NCBI RefSeq assembly: GCF_004010195.1
Contig: NC_057753.1
Location: 9,564,932-9,604,735, forward strand
Direction of reading: 5' to 3'
Origin: Chiloscyllium plagiosum
Taxonomy: Eukaryota
Length of the DNA: 39,804 nt
Part shown: piece by piece, positions 23,391 through 32,543 of the stretch
Layout of the letters: every line of letters starts with the position of its first letter
Numbering within the stretch: the stretch's first letter is position 1
The notes under the pieces: generated by a model
What the model saw: only the letters and a program-made list of their open reading frames with translations
What the model was told of the DNA's origin: nothing
The model's database searches: none
Made by a program: the position numbers and the translations under genes

Positions 23391-24061
23391 ACGCCCAAAG
23401 TTGTGGTGTAAAATTTCTCATGGAATGGTTCTAACAGGAAAGGTGAGTATTGGGCTTGTTCTGTCCGCGCCATAGCCCCAACGTATCCAGTTGCCCTGGA
23501 TTTTATCAGGACAGAGGAGGCTGATGGGAGATCGAACTGATCTACACACATTGATGAGTGATAGAGCGGGTGGAAAGGATCCATTCCCATGCGTAGAGAG
23601 ATTCATAATCAGGGCCGAAAATAAGGAGCCACTTCAAGAAATTTGGGGTTCATTCAGCAAAGCTAATGTAGAACTGTTCACAGAAAATTGTGATGAAAGT
23701 CCCTCGAGTTATTTTGATGAGAAGTGTTGATGATGCTAATACAATCGATAGGATGAACGTAGATTGGTAAATGTATTTGGTGACAGTTCTGTTCTAGCCC
23801 TGTGAGCGAAACCTGGATCTGAAGGAATAAAAGGGATATTAACAACATCGATCTGAAATTGGATACGTGACAAGAAACAGAGCCATCATTAACAGGTGGC
23901 TTTTGAACAGGAGAAGGGTTCTCGTGAAATTAGTTTGAGGCTTGAGGTAAAATTTAGGTAATTTAGGTAAAACACGGAAACGCTATCCTCATTAGCAGAC
24001 AATGAAAGGATTACAAGACGCAAATTTTCTACAAGTGATCCAGGGGACTGGGAAGATAAGT

Positions 24062-24374
24062 ATTATAAACTGTGAACAACAAAGTTGTTGAGCACAACAC
24101 TTACATTCAAAGACCGAAAACATCCGGTCCTGATTAATCAGATTGCATTGTGGTGCTTTTCTGCAAAACATCCACTTGAAATGTCCTACAAAAGAGTGAC
24201 AAAACCCATCCCTGTCAATTATAAACTGTGAACAACAAAGTTCTGGAGCACAACACTTACATTCAAAGACCGAAAACATCCAGGTCCTGATTAATCAGAT
24301 TGCATTGTGGTGCTTTTCTGCAAAACATCCACTTGCAATGTCCTACAAAAGAGTGACAAAACTCATCCCTGTCA
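24062..24374 (+). repeat. Tandem duplication of 156/157 bp
   Basis: ATTATAAACTGTGAACAACAAAGTT...CATCCCTGTCA at 24062-24217 and 24218-24374 with few differences. Confidence 0.95.
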
Positions 24375-25498
24375 GCCCAGGATAGAAAATCCGAAGGGAT
24401 GAACGTTTTCTTATTTTTTGAACATTCACAAAGCTAAGACTGGGTTTTGGTGATTGTTTCTTTTCCACTCCCAGGAGCCGCAGTGGTTGAGGCGGTGAGT
24501 TGGGGAAAGTAAAATGCGCCCGTGGGGCTATTTCAGCTTCCCCTCATCTGACAGCGCTGTGACTTGACTCCGATGTTCTCAGGGACATTGACTGACGCGA
24601 AACAGTGAAAAGATTCTCATTTTTGTGCATAAATGCCCGATCAATTTTCTCAAAGAGCCGCTTCGTTAAATAATATCGGATTGCCGGAAGTGGGGATGGG
24701 GCAGAGCTACCAGAACACGGCGAAGGGAAACATTTGTTCAAAGTGAAAACAAGTGTTGCAGATGGTTCGCCCGCGCAGTCCGACTCTGAATGAATCCTCC
24801 AGCTGCATTACTGCTTAATTCTGAGTGTGATACTTCAGGAAACGGAGAAGTGAAGTGATTGCAGACAGAGCTGAACAGGTTGAACGTGTATGAGGAATGT
24901 CAGCAATGAAGGTAGATTGGAAAGTTGGGACATTTCTCTTTGGTGAACAGAAGGTTGGAAGTTGGCCTGATTGACGTTTTTCAAGTCATAAGGGGTCGAG
25001 ACAGAAGAAATAATGGAGTGAGAATGCTCCCACGCCTGAAAGGATCGAGAATGATTAGGCAGATTCATTAGGAAATGAAGTAAAAGTGACATTAGGAAGA
25101 ACGTTTTCGTACAGGGAGTGGTTAGGGTCAGTAAATCCCTGTTGACATTGACAAAGAGGCAGATTCAATGGACACAAAAAGGAATTCGGTGGTCATGTTC
25201 AATGTAACATTGTGTAGATTTACAGGGAGAAGGCAAGAGAATGATAAGAACAGGAGAACTCATTGACTTATTGTGCAGAGGCAGCAGAAACTGTGCTGCG
25301 ACACATTGTGTGATTATGAGTGAAGTCACGCTTCAACCAACAGAATGTGGGAATTTGAACAAAGTTTATATTTACACAGCCTCGACACGTCAATGCAACA
25401 AAATGACACAGCAGCAGTGGAAGAGATCTTTGACGTCATTCTCGAACATGCTTGCTGCACTCCAGATGAAAAGCTGATATTGTCTTTGCAAAGCCTGC

Positions 25499-25570
25499 TG
25501 TGCACTGGTGCAATGGGAGTGTGATGGGCCCCAAACCCAGTGGGCGATAGATTGAAGCCATCTCCTACTA
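25499..25570 (+). pseudogene. Initiator tRNA-Met pseudogene
   Basis: TGGTGCAATGGGAGTGTGATGGGCCCCAAACCCAGTGGGCGATAGATTGAAGCCATCTCCTACTA aligns without gaps to iMet TGGCGCAGCGGAAGCGTGCTGGGCCCATAACCCAGAGGTCGATGGATCGAAACCATCCTCTGCTA. Anticodon CAT lost. Confidence 0.75.
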
Positions 25571-26368
25571 CCCAGTCAAGGTCGCTTTTTGCAACTTTCC
25601 CGTGCTCTGTTCTGCCCCTTACCTTTTCATCTGCTTCCCAAAGCTTCGCGTATCTGAACTAAATAGTCAGATTGATACACGAGTCAAATTTACACAGTTG
25701 AGGTGGCACCCTTGTGGAGCTCTGAGTGGTCTTGTCCAGTTCTCTGTCGGTGTGTTCTGATCTCAAGTGTGAAACCTCTTCTCTGAGATGGCAATGAACC
25801 GGTGAAGTTGAAACACATGACTTGCTGTTTTTGTCCATTTCCTGCAGTAAAGAAACCGACGCCCATGTTACAAAAGACTTTCTGCAGGATTGTTGTGTCA
25901 AGACAAATACTGAATACCAAACAGGCTGCACAAAAATGCACTCATATCAATTTACCTGAGGGAAGAGTCTCCGGTGTCCATTTCTCTCTGTCCCGACAGC
26001 ACAGCATCTTTCTATCTCTCCGTTAACAGGACCTTTGGAACAAGTTCAAAGTTGCCCATTTCCTATGCATGACTGTAACTGACGTCTCCTACGCCAAGTA
26101 ATAGTGAGAGAGAGCAGAAGAGCGAATGGGCTCTGCCTTCCCCTAGCACAACTTGCAAGTAGAAACAAAATGGTTCAATTTTTCACCAGTGGAGAGAGCC
26201 CGGTCCCTGGGGACGGGACAAACAGCAGCGTCCTGGGAGCAGGAGACAGATTGAGAAGCAGATGTTCTTGAATCTCTTTGCTGCTGGAAATTCTGGGAGC
26301 AATGTACAATGTATTTCGTACTGAGCAAGTCTCAGCTGCTTTAGGAGCTGGTTGTACCCACGGCAGGT

Positions 26369-26460
26369 GGTTCGTTGGTCTCATGGTGTGATTCCAGCTT
26401 TGGGTCTTCCAGCATATGCAGATGTGGGAGAGATCCCGGGATCCAATCCCAAACGAGCCC
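26369..26460 (+). pseudogene. tRNA-Pro(TGG) pseudogene with 20-nt intron-position insertion (26405-26424)
   Basis: GGTTCGTTGGTCTCATGGTGTGATTCCAGCTTTGGG[TCTTCCAGCATATGCAGATG]TGGGAGAGATCCCGGGATCCAATCCCAAACGAGCCC. Removing the insert leaves exactly 72 nt colinear with tRNA-Pro. Confidence 0.85.
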
Positions 26461-27398
26461 TCGTTTCTTTAACTGACTTCAGCATAAATGCGCGATCACT
26501 TTTCTCAAAAACCCGCTTCATTAAATAAGATCGGACTGCCTGAATTAGGGATGGGGCAGAGCTACCATTTCGGTGAACACGGCGAAGGGAAACATTGTTA
26601 AAAGTGAACAGAGGGATTGCAGATTCTTTGCCCGCGCAATCCGAGTCTGAGTGAATCCTGCAGCTGCATTACTGCTGAGTGTGATACTTCAGGAAGCGGG
26701 GAAGTGAAGTGATTGCAGACAGAGCTGAACAGGTTGAAGTGAACGAGGAATGTCAGCAATGAAGGTAGATTGGAAAGTTGGGGCAGTTCTCCTTGGAGAA
26801 CAGAAGGCTGAAAGTTGGCCTGATTGAAGTTTCCCACGTCATGGGGGGGGGGGGGGGGCGGGGGGGTCTAGACAGAGGAAATAATGTAATGAAAAAATTC
26901 CCACGCCTGAAAGGATCGAGAACGATTCGGTAGAGATTTAAAGTCATCAGGAAAAGAAGTAAAAGTGACATTAGGAAGACCGTTTTCGCACAGGGAAACC
27001 CCTGTCTGACAGTGACAAAGAGGCAGATTCAAAAGACACAAAAGGGAATTCGATGGGCATGTTAGAAATAACAATGTGCAGATTTACAGGAAGAAGGCGA
27101 CAGAATGATACAAATAGAGACACCTATTTACATATTGTGTTGAGCCAGCAGAGCTAAGGTGGGCCGTGTAGCCTCAGTCTGCGCTGTCACACATTTCGTG
27201 ATTCTGAGTGAAATCGGAGTTGGACCAACAGAACGTAGGAAATTTGACAACGGGTATATTCTGCCCATCAGGATACTCCATCACAGCAATGAAGTTGTTT
27301 TGACATCATTCTCGAGGGTACATGACACAATGCAGATTCAAAACCGAGTATTCCTTTGAATCACGGAGTAATTTGTTTACAGTTATTCAGTTGAGGTG

Positions 27399-27455
27399 AG
27401 CGGAGTTGCGCATTGGGAGCCACTCCAGTTGATAGGTCGAAGCCGTTTTCTCCTG
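27399..27455 (+). pseudogene. Second iMet tRNA remnant, anticodon arm deleted
   Basis: AGCGGAGTTGCGCATTGGGAGC...AGTTGATAGGTCGAAGCCGTTTTCTCCTG, at the position paralogous to 25499-25570. Confidence 0.55.
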
Positions 27456-28822
27456 TGTGATAGTCCCACCAGCACTCCAATTTGCTGTGCTTCCAGTCAG
27501 TAGATGCAGCTCACTATCCCATACTGATACACGGGCCACGATGACCCAGCTGTGGTGACAAGCTTGTGAAGGGCTGAGTGCTCTTCTCCTGTTTTCTGTC
27601 GGCCTGCTATGATCCGATTCATCAAACCTCTCTTCTCCGAGATAGGAATAAACTGGTGAAGGTGAAACACATCAATTACGGTGTGTTCCATGTGCAGGAG
27701 GTCCTACAGTAATTCCCCACGCTGTTTCACACAGCAGCATCCTCTCGGTGAATTACGCTTGGCAAAAAGTGGCTTGAACCTAATAAATATCCCCCATTGG
27801 ATTGGACTGACAGTTTATAAACTTCAGGCTAACCGCTAACGTGGAGAGGGGCCGTCAGACTGTGGTTTCCGCTCCTGCTGTTGAATAAATATCACTTTAA
27901 CTGTGTTCAGTGAGAGGAAAGGATTTGCTGTTGGTGGGAAACATTTCTATCTGAACTCGCTGTCACTCTGCTATAACAGGAGGAGCTGGGACCTCCGGAT
28001 ATAGTGAAACATAAAGCTGGGAATTTCTAGATTATGTTGTAAAAAATATCGGTGTAATGTTATTCACACCGCGCTATAACCAAGCGGCTGCGTTTAAATC
28101 CCGTGATGAACAGTTTGTGTTTTATTTCTCACATTGGGGGAGCTGCCCAAAACAATGGGCACACCACCTCCCTGACACAGTGTTCACAAATCAAACTGAC
28201 AGCACAGCTTCACGTGTGATCGAAAGTTTCCGTAAAGACTTGACTCAACAAATAAGTTGAAACTTTATTGCTGGAACAGCACAACAGGTCAGGCAGCATC
28301 CAGGGAACAGGAGATTCGACGTTTCGGGCACAGGCCCTTCTTCAGGTTCCTGAAGAACTTCTATTTATGGTTAAGGGAAGTGATCGCACTGCAATGATAT
28401 TATGTTCTTCGTAACAAAGGAGATCAACAGTTCATGTCTGTTCTGTCTCTCGAAACAATTTCCAACTCTCTCTCAATAAAAATCTGAAAGAACTGCGGAT
28501 GTTGTATATCAGAAACAAAAAACAGGAGTTGCCGGTGACCCTTCCACAGAACTGATGGTGATTGGGAAAATGTCGGTTTATATGCAGGAGATATTGTGGG
28601 AGGAAGGCGGAGATCAGGACAGAGCCCAAAGTGAAGGAAGAACTGTTGGACAGAAAAAGGAGTAGATAACCATCTGCGTTTGAGGGTGAATAACTGTTCA
28701 TGGAAACTGTTCGGAGCTAACAATAGATTAGATTAGATTACTTACAGTGTGGAAACAAGCCCTTCGGCCCAACAAGTCCACACCGACCCGCCGAAGCGCA
28801 ACCCACCCATTCCCCGACATTT

Positions 28823-28862
28823 AGGTTCCTGAAGAAGGGCCTGTGCCCGAAACGTCGAATCT
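28823..28862 (+). ncRNA. Minimal hammerhead ribozyme motif (best copy of fold-back family)
   Basis: AGGTTC-CTGAAGA-A-GGGC-CTGT-GCCC-GAAA-C-GTC-GAATCT: 6-bp stem I, CUGANGA, 4-bp stem II, GAAA, GUC triplet. Confidence 0.6.
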
Positions 28863-29023
28863 CCTGTTCCCTGGATGCTGCCTGACGACACAGTGTTCAC
28901 AAATCAAACTGACAGCACAGCTTCACGTGTGATCGAAAGTTTCCGTAAAGAAGACTTGACTCAACAAATAACCCGAGTGAACGTACTCCTTTCATGATTT
29001 GAAATGCAAGAAGTTGACGTCAG

Positions 29024-29095
29024 TGAGCCTGATGTGATTTGAACACACAACCTTCTAAACTGGAGTCAGACGCGCTACCGTTGCGCCACAAGCTC
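29024..29095 (-). tRNA. tRNA-Trp(CCA), diverged but cloverleaf fully pairable
   Basis: GAGCTTGTGGCGCAACGGTAGCGCGTCTGACTCCAGTTTAGAAGGTTGTGTGTTCAAATCACATCAGGCTCA. A and B boxes intact. Confidence 0.9.
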
Positions 29096-29475
29096 ACAGA
29101 AAGCTATTCACTTCTATTTATGGTTAAGGGAAGTGATCGCACTGCAATGATATTATGCTCTTCGTAACAAAGGAGATCAACAGTTCATGTCTGTTCTGTC
29201 TCTCGAAACAATTTCCAACTCTCTCTCAATAAAAATCTGAAAGACCTGCGGATGCTGTATATCAGAAACAAAAAACAGGAGTTGCCGGTGACCCTTCCAC
29301 AGAACTGATGGTGATTGGGAAAATGTCGGTTTATATGCAGGAGATATTGTGGGAGGAAGGCGGAGATCAGGACAGAGCCCAAAGCGAAGAAAGAACTGTT
29401 GGACAGAAAAAGGAGTAGATAACCATCTGCGTTTGAGGGTGAATAACTGTTAATGGAAACTGTTCGGAGCTAACA

Positions 29476-29694
29476 ATAGATTAGGTTAGATTACTTACAG
29501 TGTGGAAACAAGCCCTTCGGCCCAACAAGTCCACACCGACCCGCCGAACCGCAACCCACCCATTCCCCGACATTTACCCCTAACCTAACACTACGGGAAA
29601 TTTAGCATGGCCAATTCACCTGACCTGCACATCTTTGGACTGTGGGAGGAAACCGGAGCACCCGGAGGAAACCCACGCAGACACAGGGAGAATG
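29476..29694 (-). mobile_element. HE1-type SINE, 5'-truncated
   Basis: Reverse complement matches the 3' two-thirds of 13106-13415. Confidence 0.88.
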
Positions 29695-29988
29695 TGGGGT
29701 GGGGAGGGAAATATATCCCTGGCGGTGGGGTCCTCCAAACAGACCCCACCACCAGGGATATATTTTCTTCCCCACCCCTTTCCGCCTTCCGCAAAGACCG
29801 TTCCCTCCGTGACTACCTGGTCAGGTCCACGCCCCCCTCTCCTCCCTGACCTATCACCTTCATCCCCTCCCCCACTCACCCATTGTACTCTATGCTACTT
29901 TCTCCCCACCCTCACCCTCCTCCACCTTATCTCTCCACGCTCCAGACTCACTGCCTTTATTCCTGATGAAGGGCTCTTGCCCGAAACC
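29695..29988 (+). mobile_element. Penelope fragment with small fold-back and truncated hammerhead core
   Basis: LQTDPTTRDIFSSPPLSAFRKDRSLRDYLVRS (PLE linker region). About 37-bp inverted repeat at 29696-29779. CTGATGAAGGGCTCTTGCCCGAAAC at 29963-29987. Confidence 0.75.
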
Positions 29989-30858
29989 TAGGTTGTGGGA
30001 AGTCAAAGGATTCTGGGTAATCCAAGATGGAGGACGGGAAAAATTTCTGACTGTCAGAGCTGCTCCTTTTTTGAGGTATTTTAGGTGTTGGAGGTAATTT
30101 CCTCCAATTCCAGGAGCAGCAATTACTGTTATATATGCTGTTGCATTGTTTTGGAACTTTGGGAAAAAAAGTCAAAACAGCAGCAGTTTTAAAAGGGAGA
30201 AGAGCGGACATAGGAAGCACATAGTGAGGACTGTGCAGGAGAGAGAGAGAACGAATCTTCACAGTTACTGCCTTTGCTGTTTTAGAATTAATGTGTCGCT
30301 GGACATCGGAGTGCATCTGGGAAAATTAACAAACAGTGAATTTCACAACTAATCTTGGAGGATTCGGTTTGGGCGAAGTTCACAGCACAGAATCAGATAA
30401 GTTAATTGTTGTTTTAAGTCTGTCCAAGAGAAAGGCTGTATTAGTGAGTACAGTGGGTTCTTTCTTGATTATATGTGTTTGGAGATAAGTCTCTTGATTA
30501 AACTTAAAATATAAGCCATAGCTCTTAATTTAACCTGGGGCCGGGTTTTGTAGAGGAATAAGACGGTGTTATTTTCTGGGTTTGTAGATTGTGAAAGAGC
30601 AAAAATGGCCTTTGCAATGATATGTACTTCTTGTCAAATGTGGGAGTTCAAAGAGTGTTTAAGGGTTACTGTGGATTATATCTGCTATAAATGCTGTTGG
30701 ATGTGAATCTTATCAGATCGAGTGGATCGGTTAGAGAGACAGATGGAAGTGATGAGGAATTTGCAACAGCAACAGTATGAGATGGATAGCAATTATAGGA
30801 AGGTGGGAAACTCTCAAATAAAGTCACATAGATGGGTTAACTCCAGGAAGTCTAAGTG

Positions 30859-31168
30859 TGGGCAGCACGGTGGCACACTGCTGCCTCACAGCACCAGAGA
30901 CCCGGGTTCAATTCCCGCCTGAGGCGACGGTGTGGAGTTTGCACATTCTCCCCGTGTCTGCGTGGGTTTCCTCTGGGTGCTCTGGTTTCCTCCCACAATT
31001 CAAAGATGTGCAGGTCAGGTGAATTGGTAATGCTAAATTGCCCATAGTGTTAGGTGAAGGGGTAAATATAGGGGAATGGGTCTAGGTGGGTTGTGCTTTG
31101 GCAGGTCAGTGTGGACTTCTTGGGCTGAAGGGCCTGTTTCCACACTGTAAGTAATTTAATCTAATCTA
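30859..31168 (+). mobile_element. HE1-type SINE inserted in CR1 ORF1
   Basis: Colinear with 13106-13415, ends (AATCT)n. Confidence 0.9.
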
Positions 31169-31745
31169 AGGCCGGCACCCAGGGCAGAAGTATTTTGTGG
31201 ATATACCCATTTCAAACATGTATGCTGTTTTGGAAAATGTAGGGGATGATGAATTCTCAGGGGAACGTAGCACGAACAACCAGGTTTCTAGTATTGAGAC
31301 TGGCTCTAATGCAACAAGGGGAACGTCAGCTTCCAAGAGATCAATTGTATTAGGGGATTCTGTAGTCAGAGGTACACAAAGACGTTTCTGTGGCCAGCAG
31401 AGAAAAAGCAGAATGGTGTGTTGTTTCCCTGGTGCCAGGATCAAGGATGTCTCAGAGAGGGTGCAGAATGTTCTCACGGGGGAGAGGGGCCAGCAAGAGG
31501 TCATTGTCCACATTGGAACCAACGATATAGGAAGGGAAAAGGTTGAGATTCTGAAGGGAGATTACAGAGAGTTAGGCAGAAATTTAAAAAGGAGGTCCTC
31601 AAGGGTAGTAATATCTGGATTACTCCCAGTGCTACAAGCTAGTGAGAGCAGGAATAGGAGAATAGAGCAGATGAATGCATGGCTGAGGAGCTCGTATATG
31701 GGAGAAGGATTCACATTTTTGGATCATTGGAATCTCTTTTGGAGT

Positions 31746-32543
31746 NNNNNNNNNNNNNNNNNNNNNNNNNNNNNNNNNNNNNNNNNNNNNNNNNNNNNNN
31801 NNNNNNNNNNNNNNNNNNNNNNNNNNNNNNNNNNNNNNNNNNNNNNNNNNNNNNNNNNNNNNNNNNNNNNNNNNNNNNNNNNNNNNNNNNNNNNNNNNNN
31901 NNNNNNNNNNNNNNNNNNNNNNNNNNNNNNNNNNNNNNNNNNNNNNNNNNNNNNNNNNNNNNNNNNNNNNNNNNNNNNNNNNNNNNNNNNNNNNNNNNNN
32001 NNNNNNNNNNNNNNNNNNNNNNNNNNNNNNNNNNNNNNNNNNNNNNNNNNNNNNNNNNNNNNNNNNNNNNNNNNNNNNNNNNNNNNNNNNNNNNNNNNNN
32101 NNNNNNNNNNNNNNNNNNNNNNNNNNNNNNNNNNNNNNNNNNNNNNNNNNNNNNNNNNNNNNNNNNNNNNNNNNNNNNNNNNNNNNNNNNNNNNNNNNNN
32201 NNNNNNNNNNNNNNNNNNNNNNNNNNNNNNNNNNNNNNNNNNNNNNNNNNNNNNNNNNNNNNNNNNNNNNNNNNNNNNNNNNNNNNNNNNNNNNNNNNNN
32301 NNNNNNNNNNNNNNNNNNNNNNNNNNNNNNNNNNNNNNNNNNNNNNNNNNNNNNNNNNNNNNNNNNNNNNNNNNNNNNNNNNNNNNNNNNNNNNNNNNNN
32401 NNNNNNNNNNNNNNNNNNNNNNNNNNNNNNNNNNNNNNNNNNNNNNNNNNNNNNNNNNNNNNNNNNNNNNNNNNNNNNNNNNNNNNNNNNNNNNNNNNNN
32501 NNNNNNNNNNNNNNNNNNNNNNNNNNNNNNNNNNNNNNNNNNN
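31746..32543. other. Assembly gap
   Basis: Run of N. Confidence 1.

Larger units (their letters stand above)
21734..23836 (+). repeat. About 210-bp direct repeat pair (21734-21941 and 23617-23836)
   Basis: Shared AGGAGCCACTTCAAGAAATTT.GGGTTCATTC...TGTTCACAGAAAATTGTGATGAAA...GATCTGAAGGAAT. Confidence 0.85.
24627..27700 (+). repeat. About 1.2-kb segmental duplication (about 24627-25860 vs 26482-27700), each copy holding an old CR1 3' piece and an iMet remnant
   Basis: Shared GCATAAATGC.CGATCA.TTTTCTCAAA, GAAGTGAAGTGATTGCAGACAGAGCTGAACAGGTTGAA, AAAAGTGACATTAGGAAGA, GGTGAAG.TGAAACACAT. Confidence 0.9.
28174..29576 (+). repeat. Compound duplication: 28174-28255 = 28887-28971 and 28358-28823 = 29111-29576, with Penelope-derived arms at 28256-28357 and 28823-28886
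   Basis: Direct base-by-base match with about 8 differences in 466 bp. Both 466-bp copies end inside an HE1 tail. Confidence 0.92.

Noticed and set aside
25499..25570. iMet body with CCA anticodon as a recoding tRNA
   Set aside because: The acceptor stem and boxes are decayed, so the anticodon change fits neutral decay.
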